This document shows positions 10,396 through 17,938 of a stretch of 64,000 nucleotides of DNA, one piece after another. The position numbers and the translations under genes were made by a program. Every line of letters begins with the position of its first letter. Position 1 is the stretch's first letter. The stretch covers positions 969 to 64,968 of the forward strand of contig CACJMX010000004.1 of the NCBI GenBank assembly GCA_902594635.1, written 5' to 3'. The notes beneath the pieces are model-generated. The model did not search any database. It was not told the origin of the DNA and was given only the letters and a program-made list of their open reading frames with translations. This DNA is from an uncultured Pelagibacteraceae bacterium (GTDB lineage: Bacteria; Pseudomonadota; Alphaproteobacteria; Pelagibacterales; Pelagibacteraceae).

Positions 10396-10424
10396 TATTA
10401 CAGATTTGTTACAATTTTGTTAAA
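10396..10424 (-). promoter_or_regulatory. Pho-box-like array upstream of pstS (three 11-bp-phased repeats)
   Basis: Minus strand TTTAACA-aaat-TGTAACA-aatc-TGTAATA; 7+4 spacing matches the known PhoB box architecture. Confidence 0.75.
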
Positions 10425-10435
10425 ATGATAACTTT

Positions 10436-11044
10436 TTAGTTGTATTTCATTGAGATAACTATCTCATTAGTTTCAGTTTCTAAGCCCCCTTTGCAAGAAA
10501 CAGGATTAGAATTATTACTAAAAGCTAGGTCAGGTGTAGGATATAAAGTAACTTCAAGTCTAACTAAATTTACAAGTTCTTCTAATACCATTGGATCATA
10601 TCTCCATTTAGGCCAATTAGATGGTGTTGAGAATATTGAAGTAAGATAACTTGTTGCCATAGTGTACCTATAATTACTCAAATTTTGATCTTTTAAAAGA
10701 TGGTCCCTAACAGAATTAAATATATTTCTGCATCTAAATGAGTCGGACATATAAGTAGATTTATCGAGCCCCTCTTTCATTGGTATAGATACAAGCATAT
10801 CCACACTATTTCTCCACCAAGATGAAACAACATCTAAATAAATTTCCTCATACTTAGCAGCAGAATGCTGCTTTATTACTGGATAGGTTTTTTTTAAATC
10901 CTCCTGCAATCTAAAGACACCTATATCAAACACGGTTAATTGTTGATTTCTCAGAATTGTTGAAATATCTAAAGAATAACTATTCAAAATTGATGAGAAA
11001 ATAAAAACAAATGAAATTAAAATACTTTTAAATATTTTTAACAT
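10436..11044 (-). CDS. Hypothetical exported protein between phoR and pstS
   Basis: 202-aa ORF filling the gap, signal-peptide-like N-terminus (MLKIFKSILISFVFIFSSILNSYS), two Cys; family not recognised. Confidence 0.8.
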   Translation of the reverse strand: MLKIFKSILISFVFIFSSILNSYSLDISTILRNQQLTVFDIGVFRLQEDLKKTYPVIKQHSAAKYEEIYLDVVSSWWRNSVDMLVSIPMKEGLDKSTYMSDSFRCRNIFNSVRDHLLKDQNLSNYRYTMATSYLTSIFSTPSNWPKWRYDPMVLEELVNLVRLEVTLYPTPDLAFSNNSNPVSCKGGLETETNEIVISMKYN

Positions 11045-11052
11045 TCAAAAAA

Positions 11053-11074
11053 TTTAAATAAACTGTAACAATAA
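11053..11074 (+). promoter_or_regulatory. Pho-box-like element, reverse-oriented relative to the hypothetical gene
   Basis: TTTAAATAAACTGTAACAATAA closely matches the plcP box TTTAATAAAACTGTAACATAAA. Confidence 0.5.
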
Positions 11075-11139
11075 TCAATAAAATATTTGTTAAATTTTTA
11101 ACGAATTTTATTCAATTTTTAACACTTTTTCAGCTTTAA

Positions 11140-12288
11140 CTATTTTGTTGGAAGATAAATTTTTATTTCTGTACCTTTGTTAACAGAACTAAGAATCTCA
11201 TAATCTCCTCTATGCTGGGTGATTATATGTTTCATAATTGCTAACCCTAAACCTGTGCCACCAATTTTTTTACTTTTTTCGGTATCAACTCTAAAAAATC
11301 TTTCAGTAATTCTTGGAATAAATTCCTGTGGGATACCTATTCCATAATCTTTCACACTGATCATTAAATGTTTATCTATTAACTTACCAACGCAATCTTC
11401 ACTTTTTATTTTTATATTTTTATTTTCCTCTGAATACTTTATTGCATTATCAATTAAGTTAGAAAAAACAGTAAAAAGTTTATCGGTGTCTCCATACACT
11501 AAAGTTGGCTGCATTAAATTAACTTTTAAATTGAGTTTTTTCTTTTTGAGAGGTAACTCAAAATTACTTTTAATATTTAAAACAATATCATTAATATCTA
11601 CAATTTGGTTTGGTTTGATATGTTCTTCAAGTTCAATTCTACTTAATATTAACAAATCATTAATTAAATTCTCCATTCTTACAACTTGATCTGACATAAT
11701 TTTCATGAATTTCTTTTGAGCTTTTGCATCATCTGATGCTGGCCCCAAAATAGTTTCTAAAGAACTTTTTATAGAGACTAAAGGTGTTCTTAATTCGTGG
11801 CTAACGTTAGCAACAAAATCTGTTTTAAATTTTTGAGCTTTTGTAATTTCTGTAAAATCTTTCAAAAACAAAACAACAGAATTATTTTCTGGAAACAAAT
11901 ATGTAGGTCCAGGAATGATGTAAATTTTGTAAAGTTGATATGACGGAAGGTTAATTTCAATGTCAATATTTTGGGTCACCTGTGTCTCAATAGTTTTTTC
12001 TATTGACTCAAGTAGTTTGGTATCTCTGATTACAGTAGATATATTTTTGTCTATTAGATTTTGCCCAAATCGCTGTTTTGCACTTTTATTAAGATATTTA
12101 ATTTGATTATACCTATCTAATGCAAAAAATTGATCTTCTAACTCTTCAATTATAACTCTTTTACTTAAATCGTTTTTGTTAGATTTGTTTTCAACAGTAG
12201 CAGTGTTTTCAGGTTTTACATTTTTTTTAACTAAAAAATAACCTAATACAATTATTACAATAACAAAAAAAATAGTAAGTAAATCCAT
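11140..12288 (-). CDS. phoR: Phosphate sensor histidine kinase PhoR
   Basis: Single N-terminal TM, PAS-like region, ANVSHELRTPL, NLIDNAIKY, DYGIGIP, GGTGLGLAI. Confidence 0.92.
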   Translation of the reverse strand: MDLLTIFFVIVIIVLGYFLVKKNVKPENTATVENKSNKNDLSKRVIIEELEDQFFALDRYNQIKYLNKSAKQRFGQNLIDKNISTVIRDTKLLESIEKTIETQVTQNIDIEINLPSYQLYKIYIIPGPTYLFPENNSVVLFLKDFTEITKAQKFKTDFVANVSHELRTPLVSIKSSLETILGPASDDAKAQKKFMKIMSDQVVRMENLINDLLILSRIELEEHIKPNQIVDINDIVLNIKSNFELPLKKKKLNLKVNLMQPTLVYGDTDKLFTVFSNLIDNAIKYSEENKNIKIKSEDCVGKLIDKHLMISVKDYGIGIPQEFIPRITERFFRVDTEKSKKIGGTGLGLAIMKHIITQHRGDYEILSSVNKGTEIKIYLPTK

Positions 12289-12298
12289 AATATTATTA

Positions 12299-12327
12299 TG
12301 TAATAAATTTGAAATAATTTTTTAACA
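12299..12327 (+). promoter_or_regulatory. Pho-box-like array upstream of olsB
   Basis: TGTAATA-aatt-TGAAATA-attt-TTTAACA, 11-bp period, followed by TTAAA as in the pstS array. Confidence 0.7.
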
Positions 12328-12359
12328 TTAAATACATGTGAATCTTTTATCAAAGATTC

Positions 12360-13187
12360 ATGACAATAAATACTCTATTAAGAAAAGTTAATCAGAACAA
12401 AAAATTTAATATTAATACTTATGATTTTTTTAAACCTACATTTAATGTCAAACTAGCTGAAAGCAGAGGTGAAATAAAACTTGCACAAAAACTCAGATAT
12501 AAAGTCTTCTTCTCAGAAAGAATAAAAAACCCTATATTAAATATAGGAAACTTTAGAAGAGACTCTGATAAATTTGATAATTATGCAGATCATATAATTG
12601 TAACCCACAGAAAATCAAAATTTTCGAAGACAAAAGTAATTGGCACTTATCGTTTACTTAAGCAATCTGTTGCAGAAAAAAAATCAGGTTTTTATAGTTG
12701 CGATGAATTTAATTTAGAGAATTTATTAAATTCAAGAATTTATAATAATATGCTTGAATTGAGTCGATCATGTATATCTAAAAAATTTAGAAATAAAAAT
12801 GTACTCCAATTAATGTGGAAAGAAATTCATCATTATATTAATAAAAATAATATCGATGCTTTGTTTGGTACAGCCAGTTTCTTAAGCACTAATGTTAGCA
12901 AGATTGAGGATCAGTTAATATATCTTAATCATCATCACAAAATGCCAGATAACATTACCGTCAGTGCTTTACCAAAATATAGAGTAAATATTGATTACCA
13001 AAAGAAAATTAATTTAAATATTAAATTATTTGCAAAATTACCCACTTTAATCAAAGCATATTTAAAGTTTAATGCATCTATCGGGGCAGGTGCTGTAATT
13101 GACAATAAATTCAAGACAACAGATGTTTTTATTTTTTTACCAATTGAAAAAATAAATAAAGAATATGTAAATAAAATTTTGGACTAA
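12360..13187 (+). CDS. olsB: Ornithine-lipid N-acyltransferase OlsB (GNAT, often annotated 'hemolysin')
   Basis: AQKLRYKVF, DKFDNYADH, GTYRLL, FYSCDEF, ELSRSCI, LPTLIKAYL, DNKFKTTDV match the OlsB family pattern. Confidence 0.85.
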   Translation: MTINTLLRKVNQNKKFNINTYDFFKPTFNVKLAESRGEIKLAQKLRYKVFFSERIKNPILNIGNFRRDSDKFDNYADHIIVTHRKSKFSKTKVIGTYRLLKQSVAEKKSGFYSCDEFNLENLLNSRIYNNMLELSRSCISKKFRNKNVLQLMWKEIHHYINKNNIDALFGTASFLSTNVSKIEDQLIYLNHHHKMPDNITVSALPKYRVNIDYQKKINLNIKLFAKLPTLIKAYLKFNASIGAGAVIDNKFKTTDVFIFLPIEKINKEYVNKILD

Positions 13188-13924
13188 TGCAGCAAATACT
13201 GGAGAAAATTTCAAAAATTGATGAAATCAAATCTTTGTATAAAGTTAATTACAAGGAATTAAAACAATCAAATAATTTTTGGAAAAAAACTTTAGATATT
13301 TTAAAAATAAATTATATTGCAGAAAATGTTGACAATATACCTAAAGCAGGATCAAGTATAATAGTTGCAAATCATCCATTTGGATTATTAGATGGACTAA
13401 TAATTTGTTCAATAATATGTGATGTCCGAAAGGATTATAAAATTTTAATTAACGATGAAGTTTCACAAATTGACCAAATAAGAGAATACTTGTTACCAAT
13501 TAAATTTTCAACATTAACAGAAGATATTAAAAAAAATATCATTTCTAAAAAAAAAGCAATTGAGCACGTAAATTCAAATGGAATTTTAATAACCTTTCCT
13601 TCAGGAGAAGTTGCAACTTCTTCTCTAATTTTTAATGAGGCTAATGAAAGAAGATGGAAACCATTAATTGGATCTATAATTAACAAGACAAATGCTACAA
13701 TTATTCCTGTACGTTTTTTTGGAAAAAATAGCTTACTTTTTCACACAGTAGGTTTTGTAAATAATAATTTAAGAAGAATTTTATTTATACGAGAATTATT
13801 AAATAAAAAAAATCAAACATTTAAGCTTAGTATTGGGAAAAAAATTTCATCACTACAAAACGAAAGATTAAATAATAGACAAATAGTAGACAAACTTAGA
13901 TCTATAGTTGTAAATATTAATTAG
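13187..13924 (+). CDS. Lyso-lipid O-acyltransferase (PlsC fold; OlsA/OlsF-N-like)
   Basis: ANHPFGLLDG (HX4D) and FPSGEV motifs; start overlaps the olsB stop. Confidence 0.8.
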   Translation: MQQILEKISKIDEIKSLYKVNYKELKQSNNFWKKTLDILKINYIAENVDNIPKAGSSIIVANHPFGLLDGLIICSIICDVRKDYKILINDEVSQIDQIREYLLPIKFSTLTEDIKKNIISKKKAIEHVNSNGILITFPSGEVATSSLIFNEANERRWKPLIGSIINKTNATIIPVRFFGKNSLLFHTVGFVNNNLRRILFIRELLNKKNQTFKLSIGKKISSLQNERLNNRQIVDKLRSIVVNIN

Positions 13925-14921
13925 GGGAGATATTATCGAAGAATATTTTAGCTGTTTCTTCCCAGCTATATTTTTTAGCAAATTCTAAACAATCTTCTCT
14001 ATTAACTTTTAAAGCCTTTAGAGCAGAAGCTTTAAGATCATTATCTAATGTATCTATGTTAGTCTCACCTAATATATCTTTAGGGCCTGGAACAGGATAG
14101 GCAGCAACTGGTGTTCCACAATTTAAAGACTCTAGCACAACAATACCAAAAGTATCTGTTTTGCTAGGAAAGACAAAAACATCAGAAGAAGCAAAATGAG
14201 ATGCTAATTCTCCGTTTGTTTTTTCACCTAAAAAAATGTCATTTGGAAATTTTTTTTTCAAATTGTTCAGGTCTGGACCTTTTCCAATAATAACTTTTGT
14301 GCCTTCTAATTCTAAATCTAAAAATGCATTAATATTTTTTTCAACAGCCACTCTTCCAACATAAATCCATACAGGTCTTTTGTAAGGTAAATCTATTTTA
14401 ACTGGGTTTTTAAAGGCTCCATGATTACCACCCCTTGTCCAAGTTACCATTTTATTATTATCAACCCCTAATGCTATTAATTCCTCACGCATCGACTCTG
14501 TTGTTACTAAAATTCTTTCAGCTTTATTATGAAAATTACATAAAAACTTCTCTGACCATTTTGCAGGAATGATTGGCATGTAAAGTTTCATATATTTGTC
14601 AAATCTAGTGTGAAAGCTAGTAGTAAATTTTAAACCATTTTTAATACAGTGTCTTCTTGCCATAAAACCTAAAGGACCTTCGGTTGCGATGTGTATTGCA
14701 TCGGGTTTTATCGCATTGATTAAATTACTTACTCTTGGCCAAACATTTAATGATAATCTAATCTCATTATATTTTGGCATAGGAACAGTAAGAAATTGTT
14801 GGGGTGTGATGAACTCTATGTTGTGACCTTGAGATTTTAATATTTCTCCAGTTTCATGCAAAGTTCTAACTACACCATTCACTTGTGGATAGTATGCATC
14901 TGTTACGATTAGAATTTTCAC
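13917..14921 (-). CDS. agt: GT4 glycosyltransferase, Agt-like (glucuronosyl/glucosyl-diacylglycerol synthase)
   Basis: TDAYYPQVNGVV, ATEGPLG, YVGRVAVEKN, FPSKTDTFGIVVLE; downstream of plcP. Confidence 0.85.
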   Translation of the reverse strand: MKILIVTDAYYPQVNGVVRTLHETGEILKSQGHNIEFITPQQFLTVPMPKYNEIRLSLNVWPRVSNLINAIKPDAIHIATEGPLGFMARRHCIKNGLKFTTSFHTRFDKYMKLYMPIIPAKWSEKFLCNFHNKAERILVTTESMREELIALGVDNNKMVTWTRGGNHGAFKNPVKIDLPYKRPVWIYVGRVAVEKNINAFLDLELEGTKVIIGKGPDLNNLKKKFPNDIFLGEKTNGELASHFASSDVFVFPSKTDTFGIVVLESLNCGTPVAAYPVPGPKDILGETNIDTLDNDLKASALKALKVNREDCLEFAKKYSWEETAKIFFDNISPN

Positions 14922-14923
14922 GC

Positions 14924-15757
14924 TTAAGAAGCTCGCTTTAAATCTTCTACGTTATCTTTTTTATCTATTTCTTTTTTTTCTTCGTCCTCTGTTACGAATT
15001 CTTTCCTAGCATTATCCCAATAAATAATTTCAAATGTTCCATCATATTTCTCTGCTAAAGCAGTGCAGGACTCTACCCAGTCCCCACAGTTCAAATAATT
15101 AATTCCATCAAAATTTTGATCCTCAGCATGATGAATATGTCCACAAATTATACCATCATAGTTTTTTCTTTTTGCATAATCCGATACTGTTCTTTCATAT
15201 TCACCTATATATTTAACTGCATTTTTAACTTTATATTTTAAAAATTTTGCGAGAGACCAGTAACTTTTTCCTCTTAATTTTCTAAAGAAATTAATAACAA
15301 TATTTAATCTAAGTAATAGTCCATATGCGATTGATCCTAACTTAGATAACCATTTAGCATATTTCATTACACCGTCCCAAGCATCACCGTGGACAACAAG
15401 ATATTTTTTTCCAAGCGGTGTCTCATGAATAACTCTGTTAACTATATTGATATCCCCAAAATGCATTGGTATAAATTTTCTAAAAACCTCGTCATGGTTT
15501 CCAATTATATAAAATACTTTTGTTCCATGCCTTGCTTTTCTTAAAATTTTTTGTATTACGTCATTATGTTGTTGGGGCCAGTAAAAAGTTTTCTGCATTG
15601 CCCATACATCAATTATATCTCCTACTAGATATAAATTCTCTGACCTTGAATATTTAAAAAATTCTAATAATTTATCTGCCTGACACCCTTTAGTTCCTAG
15701 ATGCACATCTGAAATAAACAAGCTTTTATATGTAATTAAAGATTTTTTTGTTTTCAT
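14924..15757 (-). CDS. plcP: PlcP-type phospholipase C (LpxH-like metallophosphoesterase)
   Basis: SDVHLG, LVGDIID, GNHD, HGD, CGHIH, NCGDWVE. Next to agt and a Pho box; the lipid A step is already covered by lpxI in this window. Confidence 0.88.
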   Translation of the reverse strand: MKTKKSLITYKSLFISDVHLGTKGCQADKLLEFFKYSRSENLYLVGDIIDVWAMQKTFYWPQQHNDVIQKILRKARHGTKVFYIIGNHDEVFRKFIPMHFGDINIVNRVIHETPLGKKYLVVHGDAWDGVMKYAKWLSKLGSIAYGLLLRLNIVINFFRKLRGKSYWSLAKFLKYKVKNAVKYIGEYERTVSDYAKRKNYDGIICGHIHHAEDQNFDGINYLNCGDWVESCTALAEKYDGTFEIIYWDNARKEFVTEDEEKKEIDKKDNVEDLKRAS

Positions 15758-15821
15758 ATTTTCTTGTTATAATTAGTGATTCTATTATAAGTAGAATCTT
15801 TAACTCAATACTACATTTTTA

Positions 15822-15839
15822 TGTTACAGTTTTATTAAA
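15822..15839 (-). promoter_or_regulatory. Pho-box-like element for plcP-agt, abutting the dagK start
   Basis: Minus strand TTTAATA-aaac-TGTAACA, with a TATAAT 32 nt further toward plcP. Confidence 0.7.
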
Positions 15840-15840
15840 T

Positions 15841-16731
15841 ATGAAATTTTGTCTTATATATAACAAGAAATCAGCAGGTGGAAGAAAGTCAAAATTTATC
15901 AAAAAAATACTTGAAGAAATATCGAATCACCACAAAGTTGATTTATTTGAAACATCGAGTGAGTCTGAAGCCTCTGAGGTAATAAAAAACTTTGAAATAA
16001 ATAACTATGATAGATTGTTAGTTGCTGGAGGAGATGGTTCTGTTTCTTTTGCAATTAATGAATTAATAAAAAATAATTTCAAACTCCCTGAAAACTTTGC
16101 AATTGGATATATTCCAGCTGGTACGGCTAATATTTTGCAAGCAGAATTAGGTATGACTAAAAATGTAAAACATATTGCTAATACGCTTACATCAGATAAT
16201 TATGATAAAACATGTTTGGTTAAAATTAATGACAAGCATTTTATTTTAATGGCAGGTATTGGATGGGACGCTCAAATTGTAAATTCGATTGATTCTTATC
16301 TAAAGAAAATTCTAGGAAAAGTTATTTTTGGTATCAAAGGTTTCCATAAATTTTTATCAATGAATAATAAAAAAATTAAAGTGACGATAGATAAAGAAGA
16401 TATATTTGCTGATTGGGTTCTTTGCTCGAATAGCAAATACTATGCTGGACACCATAAAATTACAGATACACATATATTTGATAAAAAATTTACTACCTAT
16501 ATTTTTAAGGATCTAAAAAGATATAAATTGCTTTATTATATTTATTTAATAGCTGTATATGGAAATTTGGATAAATCTAAATCTGTGATTACTATACATG
16601 TAAATGAAATTAAATTTGATGGTTTGGGAAATAATATACCTGTACAAATTGATGGTGATAATTTCGGTGAGCACAAAAAAATAGTTGTTTCGTCTTCGGA
16701 AAGAAAATTTAATATCTTAAAAGCAGCTTAA
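15841..16731 (+). CDS. Diacylglycerol-kinase-family lipid kinase (DgkB/YegS-like)
   Basis: AGGDGSV, IPAGTANIL, MAGIGWDA, QIDGD; start placed at ATG 15841. Confidence 0.85.
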   Translation: MKFCLIYNKKSAGGRKSKFIKKILEEISNHHKVDLFETSSESEASEVIKNFEINNYDRLLVAGGDGSVSFAINELIKNNFKLPENFAIGYIPAGTANILQAELGMTKNVKHIANTLTSDNYDKTCLVKINDKHFILMAGIGWDAQIVNSIDSYLKKILGKVIFGIKGFHKFLSMNNKKIKVTIDKEDIFADWVLCSNSKYYAGHHKITDTHIFDKKFTTYIFKDLKRYKLLYYIYLIAVYGNLDKSKSVITIHVNEIKFDGLGNNIPVQIDGDNFGEHKKIVVSSSERKFNILKAA

Positions 16732-16732
16732 T

Positions 16733-17938
16733 CTATTTTACACGTCCATAAAAATCCTGGTATCTAACTATATCTGTTTCTTTAAGTATTGATCCTATTT
16801 GAGCTTCCATGATTTTTACAGGTTTTTTTCCAGGGTTTTGAATTCTATGTATTGATTGTAATGGTATAAATATATGCTCATTTGGTTTTTTTATAAAACT
16901 ATCTTTATTTAAAGTGATCTTGGGATTTCCTTGTGTAACTAACCAGTGTTCAGCTCTATGATGATGTTTCTGTAAACTTAATATTCCTTTTGGTTTAACA
17001 AATAATTCTTTAATCAAGAACTCTTTACCATTGAATAAATTTGTATATTTCCCCCAGGGACGATAGAAAATATTTTTTTTCTTAGCTAATTTGTTTTTAT
17101 TTTTGTCATACATCTTTAATATTTCTTTCCAGCTGCCAAGATCTGACCAAGGTATATCTAATTTAATTGCATTGATTTGTTTTGTTTTTTCCAAAATTGC
17201 ATAATCAAAAGATTTAGCAGTGGCTTTTATAAATGAAGCTTTATTTAAATAGTAAGTATTAGCTTTATATTTTGCTTTATTAACTGAATTTAAACAACTT
17301 CTGTAAATACTTGGATTATATTTTTTAAAGTTATTAATTATTGAATCTTTTCGAAGATAAAACATTCCTGAATTCCAATAACCTTTTTGTTTAATTACTT
17401 GTTTTGCTCTACTTTCTTTGGGTTTTTCTATGAATTTTGTTACTTTATTGATATTTCCTTTGATTTTTTTGGTTACAAAATATCCATATTCACTTGATGG
17501 TGAGGTTGGTTTAATTCCAAATATGAAAATATTTTGATCAGTTAAATTTGTCTGATTTTTGTTAATGGCTTTATTAAAAACGCTCATCTTTTCTATCAAA
17601 TGGTCTGCTGTAAAAAACATTAACGGCTGATTGTTAGGAATATCTTTTATTAAAGCAGTACTTAAAATAGCAGGAGCTGTATTTCTTTTTGCAGGTTCTA
17701 AAACAATTTTATATTTTTTAATCTTTTTTTTTTTAAGATGTTTTTTTACCTCTTTTAAATATTTCTTATTAGTGCTGATAATTGGTGCATCAAATATAGT
17801 TGCTTTTATTCTCTCTAAAGTTTTTCCAAATAGTGTCCAATTACCAAAATCAATAAACTGTTTTGCTTGATGATTTTTAGAATTTGGCCAAAGTCGAGTT
17901 CCAGCACCTCCACATAAAATGACTGGACGAATTTTCAT
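16733..17938 (-). CDS. manC: Mannose-1-phosphate guanylyltransferase / mannose-6-phosphate isomerase
   Basis: ILCGGAGTRLWP, EPAKRNTAPA, WNSGMF, WSDLGSW, cupin RPWG...SLQKHHHRAEHW. Confidence 0.9.
   Translation of the reverse strand: MKIRPVILCGGAGTRLWPNSKNHQAKQFIDFGNWTLFGKTLERIKATIFDAPIISTNKKYLKEVKKHLKKKKIKKYKIVLEPAKRNTAPAILSTALIKDIPNNQPLMFFTADHLIEKMSVFNKAINKNQTNLTDQNIFIFGIKPTSPSSEYGYFVTKKIKGNINKVTKFIEKPKESRAKQVIKQKGYWNSGMFYLRKDSIINNFKKYNPSIYRSCLNSVNKAKYKANTYYLNKASFIKATAKSFDYAILEKTKQINAIKLDIPWSDLGSWKEILKMYDKNKNKLAKKKNIFYRPWGKYTNLFNGKEFLIKELFVKPKGILSLQKHHHRAEHWLVTQGNPKITLNKDSFIKKPNEHIFIPLQSIHRIQNPGKKPVKIMEAQIGSILKETDIVRYQDFYGRVK

Noticed and set aside
12360-13187. 'Hemolysin' / virulence-factor interpretation
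   Set aside because: A legacy family name; the motifs and neighbours indicate an amino-lipid N-acyltransferase
14924-15757. Possible annotation as LpxH (UDP-2,3-diacylglucosamine hydrolase)
   Set aside because: lpxI is present in the lpx operon; the agt/dagK/Pho-box context favours PlcP
15748-15840. N-terminal extension of dagK in the ORF track (likewise ppk1 3928, pstB 6584, pstS 10347, ppiD 42225, lpxD 53340)
   Set aside because: The extensions overlap neighbouring genes or promoters and lack family similarity; downstream ATGs fit better
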